A stretch of 63,786 bases of DNA, counting the filler, from Octopus bimaculoides (lineage: Eukaryota): NCBI RefSeq assembly GCF_001194135.2. It is 5 parts of 5 records of this genome, joined end to end, with 100 filler letters (N's around TTAATTAATTAA, not from the genome) between each part and the next. Parts side by side here need not be neighbours in the genome. Positions count along the whole stretch, not along the records: positions 1 to 18,859 come from NC_068982.1; 4 more parts are not named here. One strand, given 5' to 3'. This document shows, in pieces, positions 1 through 13,342 of the stretch. Numbering within the stretch: position 1 is the first letter of the stretch; every line of letters starts with the position of its first letter. A program made the translations under genes and the position numbers. The notes under the pieces are model-generated. The model saw only the letters and a list, made by a program, of their open reading frames with translations. It did not search any database and had not been told where the DNA came from.

Positions 1-65
1 ACATACATACATACATACATACATACATACATACATACATACTTATCTATTTATTTTTCTGTCTG

Positions 66-102
<37 letters not shown>

Positions 103-149
103 TATCTGTCTGTCTGTCAATCTAACTCTAGTTATATTGCTATCTCACA

Positions 150-197
<48 letters not shown>

Positions 198-292
198 CAC
201 AGTAACGGTGACAACGACGATGATTATGATGATGACGACGACGATGCGGACAATAGCAATGAAGAAGAAGAAGAAGAAGAAGAAGAAGAAGA
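1..292. repeat. Compound microsatellite (TACA, TCTA, GAT, GAA); similar tracts occur throughout the window
   Basis: Directly visible. Confidence 0.95.
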
Positions 293-811
293 AATATTAA
301 CCCACCGGGTCAGCGCCGTTATGAAAAAGACTATTATTGAAAGCCTTCCATCCATGGCCACCTATAGAATTGTTCAATGCGGCCATCGTTATTTTAAAAA
401 ATGCAGACCACAGAAAGTACATCAAGAACCACATTATCCAACGTGTCCTTCCCTCTTTAAGTTGGTCAGTCTTAGATTCATAGAGATTTAACTGCTATTT
501 CTTGAAGTTCCAGCATCCACGTAGGGGCTGCAGGGTTAACACGATTCCTGTTGACAGAGGAAGTCGTTAACTGCAGTTATTTGCTTCCCCAGTCCATGGC
601 TCAGTCGTTAAGAAACTCGCTTTGCCGGTACGCAGTTCATTCCCGTTGCACAGCACCTTGTGGCACGTGTCTTCTTAACCAATGCTTTATGAGCGAATTT
701 GATAGACGGAAGCTGTGTGGAAACCTGTCATATTTCTGTATATTTCTTTTATCATCTACTTCTTTCGGTCAATAGGCTGCGACCATGCTGTAGCACCACC
801 TTGAAGGGTTT

Positions 812-867
<56 letters not shown>

Positions 868-3800
868 ACCAAGTACAGTAATATGAAATAAAAAATATAC
901 ACACACATGTACGTATGTAAGTGCATGTGTGCGTGTAGTTTTTGTGTATGTGTCTGATTCTGCTACTATTATGAATGTATAAGTATGATCCCTTATTTAA
1001 TAACTTCAATTGGTGAATCATGAGATATAGTTACCGTATACAATACAATAAAACATTATTGAAAAATATTGAGAATATGCGTAAAAAAATCGCCTACAAA
1101 TTAATCAATGTACCACACAGAGGTTACACGTATAGGAGTATAAAGAGATAATATATATTGTTATTCTCTATACATACAAAGCGCTTCTTTTCAAATTACT
1201 TTTATTTTCATTTTATTATTCTATTTCACTTTTTCTCCGAATTTTCTTTTCTTCTTTTACTAACATATTTGTTTTCAGGGAAGAAACATCAGTAATTTTC
1301 CCATGACAGAATCAAAATAAAACTATGGAATATTAGAAACAAATATAGAAATTTTGAACATATGAAAAATATCTGCGCATGATATGTATTCATTTTTAGC
1401 ACTCACTCATTTATTATTCCTTTGTGTTTTTAAGTGTATATGTTATATGTTTCAACTAAATACATAGCATGCATGAAACCCAAGCATATTTGTATGCTGT
1501 ATGTTAGCGCAGACACGTGTTATTGTGTGCATTTTTCTGTATATGTATCAACGAGAGTGTACAAATATAGTTTCTCTAGCATGAATTATTTCTTAAATTT
1601 CTCTACTATATGGTTATCAATTTTGCTCAGATAGCATTTAATACAGTATCTCAATCTTGAGACGATGTAAAACGCTTCCAACGTTTTGCACCTGCCATTA
1701 TCACTAAACAAAAGCATTGATTAGCCATATTATCCTGTCATTGGGTCAATAGTTCCTTGTTACTTACTTGTATTACAAACTGTTGGACCACCGTACAGTT
1801 CCATGCATTTTATGCCCTCTTACCGACTGCATATAGCATATGTTAATAAACAACGGCCTATGTGGCTTTTTACCGGTAACACGCAGTGGTCACATGACCT
1901 CTTATCAACTGATACAGTGGTCATACCGTCTTTTAGTGGTACGAGGTACGATACAGCCAACATGTATCGTCTTTGTGATATTATATGATGTGTGAGTGCT
2001 TCATAATACCATTCTCGGGAATGGCAAAATATGTATCTCAATATTATCCAATTAGAAAAAAAATCACGCTTATCAGTTGAAGAAACGATGCAAATATGAA
2101 CGTGATAGTTATTTACATGAGGCCTTGATGCGTTGTGTGTCTCTACTTCCTATAGAGTTAGATTGTTACATAGCAATCCAGATAACAAAATAGGTAAATA
2201 AGATTTTTGTATTAGCTTAATTTTGGTCCTCATAAAATACCTTTATCATCGTTTACGCGCGTCTGTTTATATAAATAATTTTATGCAATACAATTCTATG
2301 CTTATGTAAATATCGTATACGATTTCGCTCGTTACATATGAATTATGTCATTATGTACGAATCGACCTGATCAGTTGATATAAACTGTTGCCATGCACAT
2401 TAAAGTGATGACGTTACACAATCTGGAGTAACTGTTTTACATTTGTGCCTTTCTACATATTCCCAGATCAATAAATCAACTATCATCAATATACTGGTTC
2501 CTCTACTTTTATATCTTTATTGTTATCTATAGTTTTTTCCCTTACGTTTCTTTTGAATTACTGTGAACAATATATTGCTTCTTTAGATATAGATTTCCAA
2601 TTGCAAATCACAGCATTTTTAATGGTGATAATGAAAATAGGGTGGTACAAGTATCATGTAGCTAAAAGAGATGCATACAGCTTAATTTGTATAAAAATTA
2701 TGTTTGATTTTGTTTAGGTGAATTACATTTCAAAATACTTGACATCAGAACTATGTAAAGTTGATTGATTTATTGCTTATGATATGATATGGATTTTGGT
2801 TATTTTCATAAAATTTTCTCAATATATAATATACATGTGATGAAATAATACTATATTTGACATTCACATTTCATTTGTAATAAATAAAGGGATTCTAGAA
2901 ATGTTCATGGTCAAGTTAAAATAACGGTAGTCAGTACGTTATATTCACAAATGATATCTTAGCAAAAACATTCTACCAAATTAACTGATCACTTTAGGAG
3001 GAATTTTAAAACTAAAAGTTTAAACATTTTGTAGAGTTATGCATTGAACTGAGTTATAATTCATGCAGTAAGGCGAATCAATGATATGCATTTCCTTTAT
3101 ACGCTTCCCGACCAACGGAGTTATCATTCTTAACATTATAAATGCAATGAACTCACAAAGTAGCAAATGAAAAAGCACCTAAATGAACATTCTATATGTA
3201 AGCAATAACGGACACATTTCCCTCAAAGCAAGTTCTGCTATATAACATAAAATGATGCTGGATAATGTAATCCTTGGTAGCACAAAAATGACATGGTTGC
3301 TATGATTAGAATAACTTTGATCATAGATTTGCTCCATTAGGTTAACATGGATTTAATCAGCACATGCACTAAAAACCAACATCAAAAGACTCCAATATAT
3401 TGAAATTACTCTTACCATTTTAATGAGCTAAAAACTATTAACTTTCAAATTAATGAATTTTTATCGTATTTTTAATTATATAACAAAAGACATCAATAAA
3501 AAAAATCGTTGCAAATGCGGTGAACTGCCGCAAGATTATACAATTCATTTTCGACTGCATTATACTATGATTGACTGAAATTGATTTTTTTTTTAATCTG
3601 CAATACTCTACTTGTTATCGTTGAGTAATTGGAAGCCTATAAAAGCCATTATCGGTTGTGTAATTGAAGAATAACAAATGTTGCTGAAAATCCTCACGGG
3701 ATAAGGAAAACAATTATCAGGCTTACACACATCAATAAAAGAAATACGTTGGATTGGTTGAAACATAAGTAAATTATGTGTACGCGAAAGGCATTTTGAT

Positions 3801-4619
3801 TTAAAGTAAAACACTTTATACACGTTTCATTACATTATCCGCAGATGTGCAATATAACAACCATGAATTACTACTGTCAATATACTGAAGCCTAATAACT
3901 TCTCAGCCATTACTATGTGTATGTTTCTCATTGCGTATGCGCTGTATTATTGGCTACATATTGTTTCGTATATCATGTATTAATTATACAGTGAAACCAT
4001 TGGGTCCGTTTTCAACATAAAATATATGTCTTTCTTTGTCACAGAAGCCTAGATTTTGAAAAAATGCCCAATGCACCATAAGTATCAAAGAAAGTAAACA
4101 AGTAGCTGGCAATATCAAAAACATAGGCGTGGGACATAAGGAAGCCGGAAGAACATAGGTAAGGAGTTCTCCCAAAATTTTAAGTGAAATTGTAAGATAT
4201 ATATATGTTTGTGCATATATATATGATTTTATGTTTATGAATTTGTGTTGTAGGATTCCCGGTGTGAAAACGTGTGTTGAAACAGATATTGTTGTATTTC
4301 GTGACGGTCTTTTTTGTTTTTGGCCAAAAAAACACAATCACTATATATTCGTTTTTCCCTCGTTTATTATGGATCTTAATTTAACTCATGACCATTGTCT
4401 GGAAATCTTTCGGCACACAACTGAGGCCTCATCACCGGAACTTTCCGTTTTTTGTATGTGCTTCTGCTCCGATTAGTCAACTCTCTCTATATATATAAGT
4501 GGACAGATATGCGTAAAGGAGACACCATCTACATTCACGTACATATGTACTCATACACATGCGTATATGCATATGAATATACTGAAACATTCTCACATAT
4601 CCCACTTGCACTTGTATTA

Positions 4620-4683
<64 letters not shown>

Positions 4684-5310
4684 ATACACCTTCGCAATTA
4701 GTTTTCCTGTAATCTGGTGCAGTGTTATATAGGTTTGTGTATAACAGGAGCCATGTCCTGATAGGATATCAACTCCGTTACTGAAATATTATTTCGTCAC
4801 ACCAATGTTCTTCAGAAATTAGAAAAATAATATGTCAATTGATGAATAAGTCATTCTGGTAATTTATAAAGATTCAATGTAACTCAAGGATAGTTAGGGG
4901 TGACTGATAATTTTATATACTCTCAAGTAATGAAAATTAATTGGAAATAAGAATACGCTAAAAGAGAATTGGAACAGCAACTTCTACAGTAACAACATGA
5001 AAAGAAGAGGATAGATTATAATTAATTGAAATTATAAAAATACCAAAATGAAAAGTAATATTAAATACAATATTAAATGTAGCTTTTAAAGAAATTCCTG
5101 CATATTTTATCCTACGTTAACACATAAGAACTGGATTTTAAAAAACATTATTCATGATTTTGTTCCTCTTACACACCCGCGCGCACTCACGCACAAAATT
5201 ACAGAGGTTTCAGGTAATGCTTAGTAAGTGCTAAGAATAGACCATAGTTAAGCTCCAAGTTCGGTGATTATGCCAATAAGGGCCAACGTAGGTCATACAT
5301 CAGCATGTGA

Positions 5311-5740
5311 ATATAAGGATTTACTTTTCGTAATAAGATAAAATACCAAGGCTGTGTATATTTTAGAACATCTATAAATGGAAGGTCTTACAGCTCTTTC
5401 CAGAATATTTATTATATCCCTTCATCGGAGACGGTGTGAGAGGATGGTTAAGCAATAGTTAATTTAGATAAGATAGGAAATAGAGAGTGAATGCAGCGAT
5501 ATTGTACTTGTAAATCCATTCTGCTTAAACAATGGATTTACAAATACAATATCCCTGCATTCACTCTCTATTTCCTATCTTACCTAAACTAACTATTGCT
5601 TAACCATCCTCTCACACCGTCTCCGATGAAGGGATGTAATAAATATCCTGGAAACAGCTGTAAGACCTTCTATTTATAAATGTTCTAAAATATACACAAC
5701 CTTGGTTTTTTATCTCATTACGAAAAGTATATCCTTATAT
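5311..5740. repeat. Long foldback inverted repeat, ~210-bp arms with 10-nt spacer (5521-5530)
   Basis: atataaggat...gtaaatccatt / aatggatttac...atccttatat are reverse complements with scattered mismatches. Confidence 0.92.
5619..5666 (+). ncRNA. Hammerhead-like motif in right arm of foldback (U4C core variant); mirror copy at 5385-5432 on minus strand
   Basis: GUCU CCGAUGA AGGGAUGU AAUAA AUAUCCUG GAAA CAGCUG UA AGAC; helix III ACAGCUGU is a perfect 8-nt palindrome. Confidence 0.55.
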
Positions 5741-5819
5741 ACGTATGTGTGTGTGTATGCGTGCTTCTGTGAGTGTGTTTGTGTGTGTGTGATTTTGTGT
5801 ATGAGTGCGCGAACGTGAG

Positions 5820-6299
5820 TAAGAGGAACAAAAATCAACTTTTAGCGGATAGAGAGATCTTGAACAGGGCTACCAAATTACAATAAAGCATTAGTGAACA
5901 GCAGATTCATCATCCACAGCTTTACACAAAAAACAGAACGTGAAAAAGAAAGTGGATCTGGTTCAACCCTTCATTTAACCTAGGCGTTTCAACCAACATA
6001 ACTAGGAACTTCCAGTCGTTGAGCAATAAACATTTCTCTAAACATCTGTAAGGTTCTCATTCCACACATTGTCAAGGTTAGCTGCTGTGACTTAGACAAC
6101 GTGACTTCTACAATCACACGCTACAATAGACGCAAGAACACAAAAATATAGCCTCCAGCACCAAATTACAGCCGCCGAAACCTAACCAGGTAACATCTTA
6201 GAGGATCCTGCCATTAAGGGGATGTGATCTGCAAACTCACCGCATCAGATACAAATCCGTACGTTGTTACTGATGAGTCGATGTCCCCAGCTCAAACAT

Positions 6300-6300
<1 letters not shown>
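5820..6300 (+). mobile_element. Penelope-like retroelement relic (RT to GIY-YIG linker region)
   Basis: From 5944: KRKWIWFNPSFNLGVSTNITRNFQSLSNKHFSKH, later VKVSCCDLDNV; resembles the IWFNPP..V.TNIG..F..L..KHF motif of Penelope-like elements; stops and frameshifts; CTGATGA at 6270. Confidence 0.65.
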
Positions 6301-6332
<32 letters not shown>

Positions 6333-7229
6333 CATACGGTATTCACATTCATGTAGGAGGTATAATCCCATGCGCACACAAATCAGCAACTGGTGTCGCT
6401 TATAATCCTTTCTGCATTATATAGAAAACGAGGCCACTGCAACATCATGTACGACCATGCGATTGCAGAAATACACATTGGAATTTCTATCTCAGTCTGA
6501 TGTCTCTACTGAGATACTAATATAAACGTTACCATTTGACTTGCCTGGATGAATAGCAACCCAATCTTCAGTAGCCATTGGCTTATCTAAACCTGAATAG
6601 CTATGTTCGTTTTACGGCCCTATAAACTTTAAGATTATGGAGTCGAATCAAACTTTTATTAAATCGTGTGTATATATATATATATAAATATATATATNNN
6701 NNNNNNNNNNNNNNNNNNNNNNNNNNNNNNNNNNNNNNNNNNNNNNNNNNNNNNNNNNNNNNNNNNNNNNNNNNNNNNNNNNNNNNNNNNNNNNNNNNNN
6801 NNNNNNNNNNNNNNNNNNNNNNNNNNNNNNNNNNNNNNNNNNNNNNNNNNNNNNNNNNNNNNNNNNNNNNNNNNNNNNNNNNNNNNNNNNNNNNNNNNNN
6901 NNNNNNNNNNNNNNNNNNNNNNNNNNNNNNNNNNNNNNNNNNNNNNNNNNNNNNNNNNNNNNNNNNNNNNNNNNNNNNNNNNNNNNNNNNNNNNNNNNNN
7001 NNNNNNNNNNNNNNNNNNNNNNNNNNNNNNNNNNNNNNNNNNNNNNNNNNNNNNNNNNNNNNNNNNNNNNNNNNNNNNNNNNNNNNNNNNNNNNNNNNNN
7101 NNNNNNNNNNNNNNNNNNNNNNNNNNNNNNNNNNNNNNNNNNNNNNNNNNNNNNNNNNNNNNNNNNNNNNNNNNNNNNNNNNNNNNNNNNNNNNNNNNNN
7201 NNNNNNNNNNNNNNNNNNNNNNNNNNNNN

Positions 7230-7392
7230 AACAAAGAATGAGAGGAAGTTGTGGTGAAAGAGTACAGCAGTTTTCGCCAACACCCCTGCTGGAGTTTTGT
7301 GGAGCTTTAAGCGTTTTAGCTCAATAAACACTCACAATGTTCGATCTGTGAATCGAAACCGCTGCCCTAACCACTGGGCAAGTGCGCTACCA
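7230..7392 (-). mobile_element. 5' part of tRNA-derived SINE family A, cut by a gap
   Basis: Reverse complement of the heads at 34157 and 39111, with an internal deletion. Confidence 0.8.
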
Positions 7393-7406
7393 CTATATAT
7401 GTGTGT

Positions 7407-7451
<45 letters not shown>

Positions 7452-7875
7452 TGTGTGTGTGTATACACATATACAAATATACATATATGTTCATTGTGTA
7501 TTGTTTGTAAAGNNNNNNNNNNNNNNNNNNNNNNNNNNNNNNNNNNNNNNNNNNNNNNNNNNNNNNNNNNNNNNNNNNNNNNNNNNNNNNNNNNNNNNNN
7601 NNNNNNNNNNNNNNNNNNNNNNNNNNNNNNNNNNNNNNNNNNNNNNNNNNNNNNNNNNNNNNNNNNNNNNNNNNNNNNNNNNNNNNNNNNNNNNNNNNNN
7701 NNNNNNNNNNNNNNNNNNNNNNNNNNNNNNNNNNNNNNNNNNNNNNNNNNNNNNNNNNNNNNNNNNNNNNNNNNNNNNNNNNNNNNNNNNNNNNNNNNNN
7801 NNNNNNNNNNNNNNNNNNNNNNNNNNNNNNNNNNNNNNNNNNNNNNNNNNNNNNNNNNNNNNNNNNNNNNNNNNN

Positions 7876-7907
<32 letters not shown>

Positions 7908-9456
7908 TACATATATACATACACACTTGAATGCCCACGCGAGTGAGTGTATGTGCATAATCCGGTGGGGGTCGCTGTTTTCAAATAGTTACAGTCGTGC
8001 TTATCAAATACTTAGTATAACAACTATTTTCTGATTTAGATCCGTGGTATAATACCTACATGTTTATTTATAAATTTAAATTCAATAATCTTATTTCACT
8101 AAATCCTATTGCATGTCAAGTTTCGTTATACATGATACAAACAATGTGTTTCAGATTACAAAGTGCTATTATGCATAACAACTTGTCTTCGCTCTCTTTC
8201 TCTCTCACTTTCTCGTTCTCCATACGTATGTGTATCTATGTACAACTATTGTTATTGTTACTATATATCCATTGTAATAGTAAAAGTGTTTGTGCAGCAT
8301 TAAGATTCAAATATATACCTTCAGATGGGAATATATTATATCCTGCTTTTGTATGGATAGTCTTTGTCTACTTCAGTATAGGTGGATTTACAACTGTTTC
8401 GAAAGTGTTAGCACATAAATATTACCTATCATTATTGCTATAAATCCTTCAATCGTTTTACATAATATAGTAAGATATAAGTCTTATTTCACCAATATTA
8501 GCTTGTTTATGTCAGCTGCTTTATAATCACGTTTTAAATTGTCGGCAGTTACTCATGGAATACAGTATCAATTCTGAAATTCTGAAATTCTTATTTCGAG
8601 CGTATCACTTGCGTTCTATTAAATATCTTATTGTTCATAGTAATTGGGACAGCATGTCGTTTTCCTCAAATTAAACATTCTCTCTACTTCAACAGTACAA
8701 TTTATTGCTTTTGCTTGGATTTTTTAATCGTGAAGCAAATCTTTTCCTGAGTAAAATGCATTAAGCATTAAATAATAAGTAGTAGTAACTTTAGGATACG
8801 AGAGAGGAGAGATGGATAGTGTCAGTATAATATATCCCAGTAATTGTGATTCTCAACAAACCATAAGGGTGGTGTCTGTTGGACTAACTGAATTTGAGAT
8901 CATCTACACAAATCTAAGTATGCCAATGCCAATACGAAGGCGAATAACCAATCACACACAAAGACATGCACGCACACGCTCTTCTTCAAAATATCATGTT
9001 GATACTGTTTAAACAGCAAACGCCATTTCATGAAGAAATTTCTTATATTGAACACAAGTTTATAAAGCTTAAAACAACTGGACTATTACTAAAAAAACAG
9101 ATATGAAACGATAAATGTAAGTTTCAACTGATCATCTTCGCATGTGTAGCTCCCATGCTTTGTTCATGATTTTCTTATAATATTTCAAATTATAGTCAAA
9201 CAACAGATATTTAAACTTACTTCTACCTCGGATTATCAGGTATATCATAAGGAACATGTACCTCTGAATATCAAAAGTATGAGCCTTGAAGCCATACTNN
9301 NNNNNNNNNNNNNNNNNNNNNNNNNNNNNNNNNNNNNNNNNNNNNNNNNNNNNNNNNNNNNNNNNNNNNNNNNNNNNNNNNNNNNNNNNNNNNNNNNNNN
9401 NNNNNNNNNNNNNNNNNNNNNNNNNNNNNNNNNNNATGTATATATATATGTATATA

Positions 9457-9492
<36 letters not shown>

Positions 9493-10309
9493 TGTATGTA
9501 TGTATGTATGTATAGCGAAAAGAAGTAAACCTCAAAATCAATTAAAGTAGAGAATTTAAAAACAGAAAAGTGACAGAAAAAAGTTATATGTTATTTTGAT
9601 AATCTTAGATATGTAAGTTTAATATTTGTAATACTGTTTAAAAGTCAGTTCCATTTTTATGAGATATTCATATGTTGTGCACCCTATCCTTTATTCTTTT
9701 ATATATTCATTTATTTATTATAGTGGTTCTTTAAAATATCCTTTAAGCTAAAAATTTACTAATTATAGCTGTTGCATGAAGCTCCAGCAATCAAGTCGTA
9801 AAAGTGTTCTTTCCCTTGTACGACCCAGAGAAGGTTTTCCTTCACGACAGTTAAGTAGGTAATTTCGTGTTGTAATTAACGGTTCTAAGAGCGCGAAGCG
9901 ACACGTGAGGGAGTCCGGCGATAATCTTATATGAATCTCAACAACTGTATTATTATTATAGATAGATAAATTGATAGATAGACAGACAGACAGAAAAACA
10001 GACTGTGTGTGTATGTATGTGTGAGTGTGCGTGTTTGTGTGTGTCTTCTTTGTGTCTGTGTTTGTCTCCCAGCAACGCGTAAACAAGCGTTGTTAGTGTT
10101 TACGTCACCGTAACCTAACACTTCGGCGAAAGAGACCAATAGTATAAGTACCAGGCTAAAAACGGATCACTGCTGCGATAGATTCTTCCGATCAATAATT
10201 TCCGAAAGCAGTGCCCCAGCATAACTGCAGTCTCCTGACTGAAACAAGTAAAAGTTAAATGGCAAATGGGATATTAGAGTTTAAATGAAAACCGAAGCAG
10301 AACGAGCAT

Positions 10310-10602
10310 CTCAAGTCATTTAGAATATTTTACTTAGGGTTAGGTGAATTTGAAATCTTACAGCCATTTCTGGGATATCCCAAGTGGTAGCGTAGCATGT
10401 CTACACACTGTGAATTCCGTCATCAGAGACAATGTATGAATATTTTTGACAAGGAAAACTGCACAAGGAATAAAATTCATAATTTATAAGGAATATAATA
10501 GAGGAATAACGGAGTAAATAGAAGAATAAAGTGTAAAGGTAGTTAGATGAATATGTATTCAAGTTCACCTTACCCTAACTAAATTATTCTAAATGACTTG
10601 AG
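10310..10602. mobile_element. Small element bounded by ~45-bp inverted repeats (10310-10354 / 10558-10602), containing a hammerhead-like motif
   Basis: ctcaagtcatttagaatattttacttagggttaggtgaatttgaa matches the reverse complement of 10558-10602 with few mismatches. Confidence 0.65.
10355..10430 (-). ncRNA. Hammerhead-like motif with extended helix II (decayed)
   Basis: GUCU CUGAUGA, 49 nt, GAAA UGGCUG UA AGAU; helix III AUGGCUGU equals palindrome ACGGCCGU after two CpG transitions; helix II pairing weak. Confidence 0.5.
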
Positions 10603-10679
10603 TAAAGGTAGTTACAAAACTATATATTTCGACCCACTTGTATATCGAATTCAGGTCTCGCTATATGCTTGGACGTCAT

Positions 10680-11704
10680 CTTGATTTTTTATTGCCACTG
10701 ATAATTTTGTATCATCGGCATAGCTTGTGACAGTGGCTGTCCAAGTGGCCGTAGGTATTCTAAAAGAGCTATCATGAACAGTAATAACCCCAGAACATCT
10801 CCCGGGAGGACACCACTTAGAATTTGAGTTTCTTCAGAAAGGACACTATTGGCTGCAACTGTCTGATTTCTGTCTTTAATGAAGTCATGCAGCCACTCAT
10901 CCAGTTTACCAGCAAAGGCAAGGCCTCGTAGCTTATGACGCATCATGCCGTGATTTTACTTCATCAAATACCTTTGCAATGTCAATGTATATCACGCTGA
11001 CATCTGAATGGTCAAGCTGCTGTTTCAAAACCCATTCATGGTGCTCTACGAATAGTGTGAAGCAGCGTCTTCCTGAAAGAAAGCTATGATGTGTATTATT
11101 CAGTAGGTAATTTTCTTCTAGGAACATTATAATCTTTCTGATGATTCGCTCCATATCTTTAATGGTATGTGAAGTCAGAGAGATTGACTTGTAATGTTTT
11201 GCCTCTGCTCTGCTTTCACATTTCTTGAATAGGGAATATACTGCCTCCTTTTAACATTTTAGGAAGTTTACTACTTGCAAGGAATTTTTAGAAAGGTATC
11301 TGAAGCGGTTTCGCTAAAGCCTGCTTACATAACTTTAGAATAGCTGGGAAGCCATCAGGACCAGTTGCGGAGCTTGAGGTTATTTTTATCTATAGCCGCT
11401 GTTACATCAGTCGCCGCAATGTTGATGTAGTCGATGGTTGGTGCCTCCTGTTTTAGAGCTGCAATATTAAAGAATTCAGCCGTGTCTTTTTTTTATCTGC
11501 ATGTGTCCAAGGCCAGAAATGAAGACAATTTAACATTTTTCATTGAGTATCTCACCTATCCTTCCTGGGTCCGCGGTCAGGAAGTCATTCTCTTGGAACA
11601 GTGGTCCTATTTTAATATTGTATTGCGGCTGTTTCCTTTGCGAATTTATAGAAAGCTTTTGGAATTTGTTTTTTAAGCTTTCCACAGCTCTGTTCTGTCT
11701 CTCC

Positions 11705-11747
<43 letters not shown>

Positions 11748-11757
11748 NNNNNNNNNN

Positions 11758-11803
<46 letters not shown>

Positions 11804-12140
11804 TGTTCGTGAGAGAGTTTGATCTTGCATTCGATTTCTAGGAGTGCCTATATTTAGACTGCTTCCTATTCAGGCACTTTGAGAACTTTGGCTTTCGTCT
11901 CATAAGGATTATTCTGTCCCTGGGAATCTTATTTGCTCCATGAACAACATATTAGAAAGTTCAATTAACAATTCTACATACCTTTGTTCATGCAGTGACA
12001 TTCCAGAGAAGATGTGACCTTCTGGCCATTTAACATGGAGGAGGTTAAAGTCACCAGGAAGAATATGTTGAGGTTCTGATCTAGGGTCTGATCTTCTACA
12101 ATAATCTCAGGCCGATCAAATCCTTGTGAGTGGATTTGAG
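10680..12140 (-). mobile_element. Decayed CR1/Jockey-like LINE ORF2 (endonuclease and RT fragments), split by (CT)n
   Basis: ILPGDFNLLHVKW (APE GDFN motif), HHSFLSGRRC, YIDIAKVFDEV, SGVLPGDVLGLLLF; frameshifted. Confidence 0.85.
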
Positions 12141-13138
12141 AGACGNNNNNNNNNNNNNNNNNNNNNNNNNNNNNNNNNNNNNNNNNNNNNNNNNNNNNNN
12201 NNNNNNNNNNNNNNNNNNNNNNNNNNNNNNNNNNNNNNNNNNNNNNNNNNNNNNNNNNNNNNNNNNNNNNNNNNNNNNNNNNNNNNNNNNNNNNNNNNNN
12301 NNNNNNNNNNNNNNNNNNNNNNNNNNNNNNNNNNNNNNNNNNNNNNNNNNNNNNNNNNNNNNNNNNNNNNNNNNNNNNNNNNNNNNNNNNNNNNNNNNNN
12401 NNNNNNNNNNNNNNNNNNNNNNNNNNNNNNNNNNNNNNNNNNNNNNNNNNNNNNNNNNNNNNNNNNNNNNNNNNNNNNNNNNNNNNNNNNNNNNNNNNNN
12501 NNNNNNNNNNNNNNNNNNNNNNNNNNNNNNNNNNNNNNNNNNNNNNNNNNNNNNNNNNNNNNNNNNNNNNNNNNNNNNNNNNNNNNNNNNNNNNNNNNNN
12601 NNNNNNNNNNNNNNNNNNNNNNNNNNNNNNNNNNNNNNNNNNNNNNNNNNNNNNNNTATATATATGTCTGTTTACTCCCCCTCTACTGCTTGAAAACCGG
12701 TGTTGGTATGTTTATGTTCCCGTAAACTAGCAGTTCGGCCTAACAGATCGATAGAATAAGTACCAGGCTTAAAGAAGTAATGGGGTTGAAAGATTCGACT
12801 ATAAATTCTCCAAGCCGGTGGCCCAGCATGCCCGCAGTCGAATGACTAAAACATGTAACAGATAAAAGATAAATGGTATGCATAATATCTATACGTTCAG
12901 GTAGAATACTCTAGCATTTCGATGCCTCGGAAGCAGTGAATTTATTTTAAAGAGTTTGAGACTACGTACATGAAATATATTTTACAAATTTATTCATATA
13001 TTTGTCATACAAATGAAACCCTTTACGTTTAGGCTTATTTCCAACCAACCTAAGAATGCTTTATTCCTTGGCCTATGCTACACGGTGAATCCTCTTACTA
13101 AGGAACTATTAACTAATATTTCGTTTGCTACCGTAAGT

Positions 13139-13342
13139 CGGTGAGTTGGCAAAATCGCTAGCTTTTCGAGCAATATGCTTACCAACATTACATCTATATT
13201 TTCGTTTTGAGTTGAAATTCCGGTGAGGTCTAATTGACCTTTTATTCTTTATTTTGTGGTTGATTAAATAAGTACCAATTAAACACTGCGGTCGATGTTA
13301 TCGACTTACACCTTCTCACGCCTTGTTCCAAAACATTGAAAA
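13139..13342 (+). mobile_element. SINE family C copy (others at ~20135-20290 minus, ~31970-32177 minus, ~38160-38336 plus)
   Basis: Shared gagctggcagaa...tgagttcaaattccgccgaggtcgactttgcctttcatcc...aataagtacc...ggggtcgatgtaatcgac body seen repeatedly in the window. Confidence 0.75.

Noticed and set aside
6648-8034. Long ORFs across N runs (also near 9.3, 12.1, 16.3, 50.6, 52.5, 56.5 and 57.4 kb)
   Set aside because: They are open only because N codons cannot be stops
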